This document shows, one piece after another, positions 1 to 23,015 of a stretch of 64,000 nucleotides of DNA. How positions within the stretch are numbered: the first letter of the stretch is position 1; every line of letters begins with the position of its first letter. The notes under the pieces are model-generated. The model ran no database searches. It was not told where the DNA came from and was given only the letters and a program-made list of their open reading frames with translations. Origin of the DNA: Catajapyx aquilonaris (Eukaryota); assembly GCA_000934665.2 (NCBI GenBank), contig JYFJ02000838.1, forward strand, positions 1-64,000. Reading direction: 5' to 3'. A program made the position numbers and the translations under genes.

Positions 1-885
1 TGACCGATGCAACATTCTGCATATTTTTTTGTTTTCGCAATACCACCCGCCGAACTTCATTTTGTTGTGTAGAGGCACTTCTCCGAAGAGTTTTTACTTG
101 GACCGTGAAAAGTAACGCTGTGATTTGTTAGGGTAGAGTAGTTGTCCTCAACCCTTTTTACCCTTGGATTCACGACATGTGTTGGAACTTTTTGTCGTAT
201 TTCCGTCTTTTATTCAGAGTGTAGTCTGACATGGGGTCTACGATACTGGTTACTACACACTAACACTGCGTGGGCGATTTGTTTAACGAGTTCGATGTCC
301 TACATTTTCACTTCAAATGGATGTCGTTGACAACAGCTACATGTGTCTCTGTAAAACATACCTGTCTGAAGTACTCTAATTATATTTGTGATATCAGAAT
401 TCTTTCTATCATATGGGAAAATAAATTTAGCGTTATTTGTAACCACGAGAAATATTATACTGGATTAGACTTAGAATGCCATAACCAGAATCATTAGACA
501 TTTTCATTAAATTTATCAAGGAAAGATTTCTGTAGTTTTAAAGCATGGTATCGCTAACTTATTCCTTATAGTGACACTACGTTTAGTGTTGATAGTAGTG
601 AAAAATGCAGTCTGGCGTAGAATAAACAATTATATTCTAACTGCAGAATGTTTTCAACGAAAAACAAAACAAAATTTGCATATAAAATAGTTTATCGAAC
701 ATTTGCAGAACGTTTCCACATTCCATAGTTATATAAGTAGATCGAACCAGGAGATGAGGACATGGGTACATTGCTCAACTGTCCATTTCGTTCCAATATC
801 GTCAAATATGAACGGCAGATTCATGGCTAAGTAAAGGTCCGAGTGCTACATAACATGCATGAGGTCAAGCACTGCTCGCATCATC

Positions 886-915
886 ATCGTCGTCGTCGAC
901 GTCGTCGTCGTCGTC
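886..915. repeat. (GTC)n / (CGT)n trinucleotide microsatellite, preceded by (CAT)n
   Basis: catcatcatcgtcgtcgtcgacgtcgtcgtcgtcgtc read directly. Confidence 0.85.
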
Positions 916-1784
916 AAATAAATTGAAGACAGAGGTGAGGTTTCATGACCTGAATAGTTCACATTTAAAAAGATTTTGTTGATATTATTTTATATATTGG
1001 CAATGAAAATTATTACTAAGAAATATTTTATGTAGCTTGGTGAATGTCGTAATAATGTCCTTTTCTGAATGACAGTCTTATCGCGATATAAGCCATATAA
1101 GCATGTAAGTGGTTTTTTCATTTATTTATCAGTTATTTTGTTCGCCCCAGAACACAACCCACTTAATTATATTGCTTGTTACTAATGATTAACAAGAGCT
1201 GCCTTGTTATTATACTGTAATATGCTCATTGCTTCAAATATACTCAGCCGGATTATTGTTTGGAATTATGTGACCAACCGCAGTAAGATCAATCGGATTG
1301 TACAATACACGTAATTTTAAAATGTTCATGCAAATTAGCATCAAGCTAGAGGGGCCATATAAAATTCTGTTTTTGGGTGGCATCAATTTATTAACACTCA
1401 GCAGTTTGAGTCGGCCTATGTTGCTATAATAACGTTATGGGCTTACAAAATGTGCTTTTAAAAAGTGTGCCATCAAATTGCAGCACAAACACGTTGGCAA
1501 GAAAAATAGCATAGTTTTTCACCATTGTGACATTGACTTCTTGGAAATGCCACATTCTCTAGATCCCCTCAAGAAGAAAAGTGAAATAATGTACCACCCA
1601 ACTGGATAACACCGTAAGCATTATTACGCTATTTAATCTATTTGACCTACTCCCAACGCGTCAATAAAAATTTTGATAACACCTTATTACACAATCCCTC
1701 TCGTCAAATCAAATAGGCTGGAAACACTTCCGAGAGGTAACTTAAATGTGGGGAAATTACCGTTGCGGTTGAATCGCTTGTCTT

Positions 1785-1815
1785 CCCCCCCCCCCCCCCT
1801 NCCCCCCCCCCCCCC
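1785..1815. repeat. poly-C tract containing an ambiguous base (N at 1801)
   Basis: About 30 C interrupted by T1800 and N1801; the true length may be mis-assembled. Confidence 0.9.
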
Positions 1816-4800
1816 TCTGCGGTAGAATCGTCATGCCGAATAATCACGCAAATTGTATAGGTGAAAATACTCCTTATCCCACAAAAGTGATTATTAATAC
1901 AATCCTCACACCCGGAGGTTTATTGAAGCGATTAATCTCCAAATAAAAAGAAAACAATGGCCGAGTTGCCTCTTACATCACTTTAATTGCCATTGTTTCT
2001 CCTCCTGTACAAATGGATGGCCGCTAATTTGCTGACCTTTAACTTGCCCAGGGCCGAAAGTGAAACTTGAGAAAAAAAAATTGTTTGAAGTCAAGAAAGT
2101 AGAGCGAACGATGCGGTTGACGGCCGCGAGCGATTACGCCACTTCCGCTTTCTGGTTCTATTCAAATGTCTATCCCCCACACCATGCACGCAGAAGCTTG
2201 ACCAGTCTACGTTTTTTTTTTTTTTTTTGCTTTTCGTATCTGCCATTGGCCGATGGACAAGAAGGGGGGGAGACGCCGCAACCTACTTACACACCCTGCA
2301 CAACAATCCTCTTCCAATTCCTCGCCCAAGCAATTACCGTTCCTCTTACGTGATCACATTTGTATTGTGTGTGAAGCTTCGTGTCGTACACATTTTTTTG
2401 AGGAAGATGTGAAATTTGGCACTTTTTTGATGGGGATGGGTCTGTTGCGTAAGTGGTCGGGAGGGAGACAATTGAAGAGCTATTGTGATTCCCGGTCAGG
2501 TGTGTGCTAAGATTGGTGGGCTTGAAGTAACTTCAAGTTAGTGTGAAATTCTACCAGATGCTGTTGAGTAATTGTTGTTAAACGTTTTGCTAATGCATTT
2601 GCATTATGGTTGATTCTTCCGAGCAATTTTTATTACTTATGTAATTGAAGCAAAAAAAAAATTAAGTAGAATCAACCCTATCATATTGAGAGTCATAATT
2701 GGTAGTATAGCTTTTAGTATGGGAGCAATATTAAAATTTCTTTCTAAACAAAAATATACCCCGTCCAATTTTTTTACCGATTTTGGTATATGTGCGTACA
2801 GGTATTTTCCCCTCAAAACCTGACTGTGCAGTATGCAGTTGAAAGCAATTATAGTGCACGAAACGGCAACGTTTGCATTGCCGAACATTGCAATTATGAA
2901 ATGAAAACACTTGCGGTAACGCAATAAAAAGTTGTCGTATGAATAATATACCTTAAATGCCGCGGCCTACAGTGACATTATTTTTGAAGGGCACCCTAGT
3001 GTTGCTAGGTGTTGCAAAGGGTAGAAAAACCGTGAAATATGCCCTGATGTAATTGATGCCCGTCCCTTACAGCAGATGCGTCACTTTTGAAATGAGTGAC
3101 GTGGCCATTTGGGTCGTCCTGCCAGACAATCCTGACATTTACGTCGATCGATGACTACCATACAAAAGAGCATCTGTTTCCCAAGGGTGAAAAGGTGTAA
3201 TTGAACTCAAATTACACTATCAATTTCGAGTTCATCTACATGTTGATTTAGTCAGGTTCAAGGAGAAAATACGAAGCACACCACTCGTGTCTCCTAAGTT
3301 GTCCGAATCTATTTTCAGGTCGACTCTCAGGATTTAAATTACGAGGGGACCCCATCCCTGCAAATTCTCTATATACCCCCGGAGATAGGGTGTGCCCCGC
3401 TCCACTTGGCCTAACCAGATTATGGGACATGTCATTAACGACCTATGAGATTAATTGGACTGCTTCGTAGACGATGTCGTAGCATAGGTAGAGAGGTGGT
3501 TCGGTCGATTCAACAGATATCAAGCCTCGGGCAAAAAATGGTAGACTCTACATTTCTATATCAGTGTTAATATAATGTACTAAATAGAACACCTTAGGAA
3601 TTCTATTATGTAGTTCGGCTTAAGGCGAATTGGCAGAAAGATGACTCTGAAGGTAGAAAGACGGGTTCTAACTCCTATAAGGTCGTCACATGATTAGGGT
3701 TCTGACTTGTACAGGCTTCTTCAGCTTGCATAAAAGGGGATAGGGAAAAAAAGTACATTGGTTGAAGAGAGAGCGTCGTAGTCTTTGAAGAGTAGAACCT
3801 CTCACTCTTTTCTGCACTTAAACAGTTTGCTTGAAGAGGTGAGCAAACACGCAAACACTGCGGCGTCGATATGTGAAGTGAGCCTAGAACTTGTTTACTT
3901 TGCAGCCACCACTTTGGGAAGCTTATTATTATCATGGTACGATAATGACGCCCATGGGAAGTGTCGGAGAGCTAAATGGGTTGCCTAGTTGCCAGGATGG
4001 CAGGGAAGGTTGCTGAAAAATTTGAGTCTCAGAATTTATTAATGTCATTCGTTGTTTACTGTTTGCCCGTTTAATGTGAGGTTATCTTACGCAGAAAACG
4101 TGGGAGGATTTCTTTCGACCGCGAAAGTTAGCAGAACCATCAAAATCTCTAACCATGAAAACGCTGTTGGTAGAGTCCTCAATAGAAGTCACTGCCTTTG
4201 AATAGCACTGAATGGACATCAAAGAACCGCAATGAAATCAAAAATTCGAACAATAAATAACAAATAAAGGTTGCGATGTTATCTATTTTTAGCCATTAGT
4301 ACAAGTCATAAAACCAGTATTACCCATGAATAATGTTATTGTCCTACAACATATTGGTTTATGAAGAAAGTTTTGAGCTTATTATCCAAACATATGAGAT
4401 GAAGTGAAAGTAATTTATTTGCACCACATGGTTCGCCAACTTTCTCTGTTTATCACCACTCATATCAAATATTATCTATACGATATTATGTGAGAGACAT
4501 TTAAGAAGTTGTTTTCACGCCTGATTCAACATCATTAGCAGACACGAACATCGTCTCGAAGTCGAAAAGCGTAATCTTTGTTAGTATTCGCTGGATTAAT
4601 TTTGAAGCATTCAGATTTCATCTTCATTACTGCCATGCTAATTGGACGTCTCTGACAACCCTTTTGAAATGCAAAATATGTCCCCTTACCAAAGCCAGAT
4701 TGAAATGGAGCTGATATCTGAAGTGAACAGTACGGCTTTGTTTCTATTGGCACGATCTCCATTCGAGAGCGGTTTCTGAGCTCATTAGCATCACCTGTTA

Positions 4801-7800
4801 CCCTCTGGAAAGTGACTATGCATTGCAAAGCAGCTGTTGCTTCTGGTCAAGGTTAAGTATTTTCTTGGGTCATACACACCCCCAATGCCCCCTGCCACCT
4901 CCTTTTCCACCTAATCGATTTGGACCATTTCGACATTGGCACCACTTTCCCGTGCTGTTTCTTGACCAATTTTGACGACCTTGAGCTTGAATTTTCCACA
5001 CTTGAGGGTAGTTCACGGTCTGACTATACTGGCTGGGAAAGTAGATTTCAAGCAGTTCTTGCCGGATGTGACCTAATAGCATCTGAGGAAGCTTGGCATT
5101 GGCTCCGGATTGCCGGATTGAATCCGGAAATGGGAATCAGCCTTTTACACAGTTTCGACAGGGGGAAAAAGAAGGATCAGAAAATAAGAAATTGCTGCCT
5201 GCCAAGGTGGTACAGAACAAATTCGTCTTATAATGAAGAGTAGGTGATAATTTACTTATTAAATGTGTGAATAGTGATCATTTCTACAAAATTTCGGACG
5301 TAGACCGTATAAACAAAGGGTTTATTTCAAAATATTTTACCTTAATTGTGTGGCATACTGTACAAGGTTAGCATTGTGCTTATACTAGCTTAGGGCTTTA
5401 TGGCAGCAATTTACAGCTTTCATTTCCCTCTTGCACGGAAAGGCAGAGAGAAATAAGCATTTTTTTTTGGCCTCGAATGTGCTATTTATGCCAAAGGCGA
5501 TTTGCATTCGCTATTATTTTACGAGGGAATCCTTTCCGGCGCGTGCATAAAACAAACTCATCCGGTTTTCTCACTTGAAAACAAAGTGCATTCAAAATCA
5601 TTCCAAAAATTATCATTAATTAGAAAGTAGAAAGCTAAGTTTTGTGAATCCCCAGACAGTATCATATCCCACACACTTCTGTTAGGCTGCTGTAAAATAA
5701 GATGTTGCAAAAGACCATTTAGTAAATAAGATGACCAAAATCAGATGATCAAAACGTTTGGGTATTCAAGCTCGGATTCGGCCAGAAATTCATTAAAGCT
5801 ATTGGAAAAACTATCAAAGCTTTGAAGCCATGCTATTGGTCGTCAGAAGCCCCAAGCGGCTTAAATTTCTACAGATTTTTGGAAAACGTTTTTCACTCTA
5901 TACATATAAATCGATTGGAGAACGTGTCATAATGGTGGCTCCCGCATATTCCTTTAAATCAGGGAAATATGTTAAACTGTAAAGGATAAGCTTTCAGTTA
6001 ACTCTTTTAACTCTTTCTGTATGCCTACATTTGCGTCATGACGTGAGATTATAAGGTAGGTCACATTGAGGTCAAATCAAGAGTGATGGACTGTAGTTTT
6101 AAAAGTGTTGAAATGAATTTTCATTTATATTTCTTGTACGGTACAGTTTATCCAAATCGCTTGAATATACCACGGATAAACCCTACTGTAATGGTAGTAT
6201 CATCAAATATTTCAAACGGAAAATATTAACTTCCACGTACAAAGATAATCGCAAAGTCGTCATTTTAGAAATGCACTCAGCAGTAAAATGCAGCTATTAC
6301 TATCCGAAGAGGTCCAGTTCCACTTGGTTCAAGGCCAGTTCATGAGGGAATGCTCTGGGTTTACAACCCCACTTACAAAGTAATATACTTACTCTGTCTG
6401 CTGGGGCCGTCCCAATGCAGCTTCTCAGTGTCTTACATTCCTGTAGTAGGCAGTCCGACATCTACATAATGTATTGTCCTGCCGGGAAGCACTTGGATGT
6501 ACTGGGAGTGAGTTATGACTTTATGACATTGTTAATTTTGTGCCCCAAAGACCAATTGCGCGTTTGATTATACCGCAGGTGTTAGGAGGTTTTGTTTTTG
6601 TACACAGAACTCACTGCACAGAGCAACTGCATAGACCTACAATAAAAATTTGCGGCATTTATCCATAGGCGTTGGGTTATTACATATTTGAAAAGCTAAT
6701 AAATGCAGTGTCTTCCATTATTGGGGCTGTTTTAGTATTAGGTACCCTAAGTTGTAATTTTTGCGCCCCAATCTATCTGTCAATAATTACAAAAATCCAA
6801 CTTGTAACAGTTTATATCAGTCCTCCTGCCGTAGTTCCTTATGTATTAAAATCCCACCTGTTACGACATCACCAATAAAATCCACCCTGCTCGTTAACGC
6901 CTCTCAGATACGAGTGAAGGTTGACATAGCACAAAATTATACTGTTATCATTGCCATAAAGGACAAGAGTGCATTTACGCCGCGAGATGTAACCACTGAT
7001 TCATACCTTCCATAATTCATAAACAGCGAATTATACAAGTACCTCGAGAATCCATCGCCTCTCACCCTCTCTATACCCTCCTGCGTATCGCACCGTTCAT
7101 TCCGAGTCACGTAATCCATTCCACAAGAACATCCCCCCAACCAATGTACACTTTGGACCTGCTTTTCCCGGAGTTCTCCCTAGAGGTACACAATTGGCCG
7201 ACAGGGAATACGTTGCTGGTGATATCTGACACCAAACGTAGTGTGTTTCCATCCCAAAATTGTGTGCTTGCGATGTAATGATATGTGATTCTTGCCAGGG
7301 TGAACCAAACCTATGCATTTGGGATCAAACGATATTGCTTTTGAGAAGCAGACACGTGGGTTATGCAACATAATGCGTGTCTTAGAATCCGAGATGTAAA
7401 TGTCACTTTAGATTTGTGGTAGAGTTTTTGTTGAGAATTTTATGACTTTCCTCTTGTGAATCGTGCTGCTGCGTACATCGTTGTAATATTACACAGAGTA
7501 GTTATTAATATGTGTGCCACGATGTTGACAAGCTTCTATATCGCGATCGTTATCTGCAGGTAAATTATCTTTGTTTTGCACACGACTGTAACCGATCTGC
7601 ATCATCTACAAGACGAATACATTTTCCCATCATTCACAACACTATAGTTGCAGCAAGGCTGTTGTTCATGTATTTAGGAAGTGATAAACGACAAGACTGT
7701 GCAAAGTTCAAGGGCTGTTTAGAGAAAGGGATATATGTAAATTGGTCAATGTAGGTAAAGGTCGCGATGACTCTTATTTTCCTGAATGGCCAGACAATGA

Positions 7801-7987
7801 ATGGAGCAAAAGGTAATTTCCTGGTGCGTACCCACACATTGTTGGAAGAAGATATCCTGCAGTTTTAAGGCCGTCTGGCTGCTGCACCGGCGCGGCACCT
7901 ACCCCCCGACGTGGCGGGTCGGATGGGGCGGGTGGTGGGGCACCAGCAGAACCATCACATCTATCCTTGCATGGTGTGTGGATCCAC

Positions 7988-18570
<10,583 letters not shown>

Positions 18571-18925
18571 CCGATGCCTCACGTCTTCCTGGAGCTCAGG
18601 ACATTAGTCCACACTTGGGCATGAAGCCAGTTCACACAATACACAATTTGCTTCCAGCAAGTGTACAGATCAAACTCTACCGAGGTGTGCACTCTTCTTT
18701 ATATTTATATCATAATTTATTGACTAATTTATTTACAAACATGCCTGACCTCAAAAATATCACGGCATAAACCGACTAGAAGGAGAATTATTATAGATTA
18801 ATATACTGCTGCTTAAAAGCGTTACGACGGTCGCTTGCGGTGAACCTTGTGATTGAATCCATTATGAGTTAAGGTACATTAAAAAGCCACTTATACTGGT
18901 AAAAAAAATCCAGGTTCTGAGTATT

Positions 18926-18931
18926 AATAAA
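18926..18931 (+). terminator. Candidate polyadenylation signal of the esterase-fold gene (second AATAAA at 19045-19050)
   Basis: AATAAA about 355 nt after the TGA, followed by T/GT-rich sequence. Confidence 0.45.
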
Positions 18932-20378
18932 AGGCTTTTGTTTCGCTTGATAATACAAATAACAAGGTTACGTAATCCTAAAACTCCAATTTTTATAGTC
19001 AAAGTGAGTTTTAAATGCACATCAAAGATTGGAGCAGTGTTTACAATAAAGTAACGCTATACAGTACATATTATGTAAGTACCATAAGATCGAGCATAAG
19101 ATAAATATGATTTTTGTGCCAACATACACTCCACACTGAACTAAAAATTTGTGAATACCACTATACCAGTGTGTAGTAGAGGATTAAGGGAGTTGCTGAA
19201 GCATGAGTCTCATGATTCTGTATTTATGTGACCATACTTATACTTGAATGGAAGCGTAGGAGATTAAGGGTAGGTTTTTTCGGCATATATATCACTGCTG
19301 TTAACACTTAACACTAATAGTAACTTCACAATAGACAGAATGGTAGTGAAATGTATGGCAAGAATCAACCCTTTTGTATGGCATTTGCATAATTAGGAGG
19401 TTCGAGTCTGAGAATCTGAGAATGATTGAGGATTGAGACAATGCTGATAATAATGTATAAACGCGCACAGTATTTTTTCTGTACTTCATGGCAGCTTAAA
19501 GAAGCATACACGTTGGCTAATATTCCACTACATCACGATTTTGCCATAGTTCAGGATTCAAGATGTTCCTATAAATATACTATTACCGGTACATATGTAA
19601 TTATTCCACAACATACAGTCCTAAATATAGAAACATCAAAGTTGCGCAGTTTATATAAAGAAACCATGTTTCAAACGTTGTGTTTCCCGTGATGACTATT
19701 TTCTCTCTGATGTATTTCTAGTCATAATTTCATTGTATTAAAAATGGTGCTTCTGGAACATTTCTGTCTGAAGTAGATATTTATCCTGCTTAAAACTAAC
19801 CTCGGCATATTTAACCGTATCTGACACAATCTCGCTGAAATTCACTTCGTCTCTCCTTCGATAATAGGTTTCCATTAAATCAGAAATCGAAGTTACGGAT
19901 TGTTTATTCCAGCAATCAGCATTCACAAGAAATAAAAATCACTGGACTCAACACTCATGATCTTAATGATAGTCGCTTTTCATGGAATTAGATAGTGGAG
20001 TAAACATTTCATAATTTCATTTCCTCTTTAACTAGGTATTCGTATGAGTTGTAGAACGTTGTACAAGTTCAAGTTTAGCTCATATTTATACCGGCGGAAT
20101 TTTGCAGTGGCAGTCCAAGTTTGGCATCACAAAAATTACAATATTTGAATATTAGAAGACATTAAGAATGGTGTGTTTAAATATTGACACTTCCTCACGG
20201 CAAAAATAGCAGCTGTTAAAGATGATTCATAATTATAATGCCATGTTCTCCTCATATGCCCACATGCTTCCTTTTCATTATAAAATCGTCGAAACACAAT
20301 AGTAAGTGAAAAGATAGCCATGTGACAATAAAGTCTATATTACCGTATCAAAGTTTTCATTAAAAAGGCTATAGTAAC

Positions 20379-20551
20379 CAGTCAGACAGAAAACCTGTAA
20401 TCATGAGCCTATTTTCCTTTGCCCACTAAACTTGGTTCAAATCTCTTAAAGGCATTTATCCCATCCGAAATCTGTCCCATTTTATAAATATATTCTGAAT
20501 TCCGAAAAAACTTCTGGTCTCAGGCATTTCGAATAAAGGATTCTGACTGTA
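20379..20551. mobile_element. Degenerate Tc1/mariner-pogo (Tigger-like) MITE remnant
   Basis: The 3' end ...ttccgaaaaaacttctggtctcaggcatttcgaataaaggattctgactg|TA resembles the Tigger4/MER46-type terminus as I recall it. CAGTCAGA at 20379-86 is the reverse complement of TCTGACTG at 20542-49. The left end is uncertain. Confidence 0.35.
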
Positions 20552-22440
20552 TTCTTTGTGCATGGCATAAAAACATTGTCAACGTGTTTTACTTTTTCAT
20601 TATTTCAACTGACATTTAGTGAACACAACGCAGTGATGTATTCGCCATGTCATTGCGGTATTACAATGGGATAAATTCTAAATATTAATTTGGAATCACC
20701 TATCAGAGCCGTAAAATGAAATCATTTACCTCGTCTAAAAGTTCTCTTTGACAGCCACATTTTTCTATGAATCTCTGGTTTTTATTTTAAAGATTCACAG
20801 TCCGAGAAAGTCTTAACCTCTATCTTAACGGACCAAACAAAATAGCGCTTGTCAAGTTAACATTTTAAACGATAATATGACTTTGGATATTATATAGCAA
20901 TGTTACTTGCAATGTTAAGAGATGTATTAATGAGACATTTCTTTTCCCTTGGCCGTCATTTGTTGTATCTTATTTTTAAACTGTTGTGCAAGTATAACTT
21001 TGTACAATATTAGCTAACTACTAATATATTATAATGAAGCATTTGAAGACTGACATGCAGAGCTATCAGACAACACCCATTATCAATGTTTTCGAATGAT
21101 TAGAGTGGTGTCAGTATTACATTACTTCTTTCTTTCTAGATTTGTCAATTTAGCGTAAATAATAATTTTTCAGAAGACAAAGGTATTGTCCGGGTTGCGC
21201 GCTCATCCTGACACCTAGGCAACACCATTGGCAACACTTCATGCATTTCGTTCGAAATCGATACCATACACTAAAATTGCCACAAGAATAAAAGTGTTTA
21301 ATGCGTATCGACAAATGCAATTTTGATGGTTCTGCAAAAAATTGTCTTCACTTGTAACTTGCTTTAATATTTACTTGCCCTTCCATTTGCCAAAAATGTA
21401 TTGCTGTTAAAATATTCATGTTGAACTTCAGAATGGGTCAAATGTATCACCCATAGGGAATAAATAAGTTGTATTTTTGTAAATTGTCATTTTAAAAGTA
21501 TATTTATCCGGTGATATTCTATTCATTAGATTAACTGGCATAGGCGTGGGTGAAATGGGATGATATATTTTTGAAATATTGGAGAAAACGAGAGAAGCAT
21601 AAGAAAATCCACATGAAACTTTCCATTTGAGGAATTGTCATCTTTCCACCCAGGAATCGAACGTGGGAAGATTGTGATGTTGTTAATTGCAAAACCTTAC
21701 CCTCCCTCATGATAAGGCCTTCCGTTTCTTCTGAACTAGTGGCAGGATTTCCCATCGCCTTTCCCCTTTGACTTAGACTCTTAAGAGTGTACCTGACTTT
21801 ACCCAATGTCCTTCCTCCTCTTGATCGCAATGTTAAGTTTATGTGAAAAGTGTTCCCATTTGTTCTAGACGGTTCTAGATGATTCAATATTTTAGGTCAG
21901 TAAATTATTATTCAAAGTAACTGATTATATATTTATTACCTGGCATTAGACAACAGTATATGTGGTTTATCCCATATGGGATTAGTTTTGAGTTGCTAAT
22001 CACAGAATCTGCAGCTACTAGTATTTGAAAAATTAATTATTAACCAGAAAACCAAACGTAGCCTCGAACAAGCTATTATTTAGATTAGATGATACTGCGT
22101 ATGTTCACTGGAGCACGATTAGATTTCTGTTACGATATAATTAATAATGAAAATTGCGCACGTTTGCCACAAAGTATAGAAGAACCTGATTCAACAGTGC
22201 TTTTTTCCAACGGGTTTTTTTTTTTCAAATGTGCTGGTGACCAGATGTCAAAAACAAGGTGCGATAAACACAACCTAATGCAGTATCATGCAATTGACTC
22301 AGTTTATTTATGAAAAGAAGAAGAACAGCATCACTTCTCAACATATCACCTCACCAAAATGGAATGATTTCATGCAACAGTGGTCAGACGGGTGAGAGGT
22401 CTGGTACGGACTGCAATCACATTTCATAAATTTTATACTG

Positions 22441-23015
22441 ACAAGGGAAGGTCACAGAGTAATAATGACGGATCTTGATGAAATTTAACATGCTAATACA
22501 GGACAATATATGATACCCAAAAATGAAATATTTCATACGGAGACCCATATTTGCAAATGTTATGACGTCTTCAAGTTAAAAAAAAAGACATTTTCATTGA
22601 GTTCATAATGGGATTACATTAGCGACCACATGTAAGACCACATTGAAGTGTGTAATCAGTTTCTACACTTTGTCTCATCGGAAAAAGTCCTACATAACGG
22701 CTCTGTATCTCTTACGGTTTAGGCCTTGATACCTGTCCACAGACGGACGGACGGACAGAGCCGTTCTGTAGGACTTTTTTCCGATGAGAAAAAGTGTAGA
22801 AACTGATTACACACTTCAATGTCATTATATGTGGTCGCTAATGTAATCCCATTATGAATGAAAACGTATTATTTTTGGAACTTAAAGACGTCATAACTTT
22901 TGCAAATATGGGCCTCCGCACGAAATATTTCATTTTTGGGTATCATATATTGTCCTGTATTAGCATGTTAAATTTCATCAAGATCAGTCATTATCACCCC
23001 GTGACCTTCCCTTGT
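22441..23015. mobile_element. ~575-bp foldback / long inverted repeat (non-autonomous element)
   Basis: Left arm 22441-22706 (acaagggaaggtcac...acggctctgt) is the reverse complement of right arm 22755-23015 (acagagccgtt...gtgaccttcccttgt), with scattered mismatches and indels. The 48-nt spacer contains (GACG)n. No coding capacity. Confidence 0.8.

Noticed and set aside
1..7800. Short ORFs and scattered splice-like sites (e.g. donor-like GTAAGT at 2449; ORF 4920-5243)
   Set aside because: No recognisable domain and no phase-consistent exon chain. The region could hold UTR exons or enhancers, but I cannot support that.
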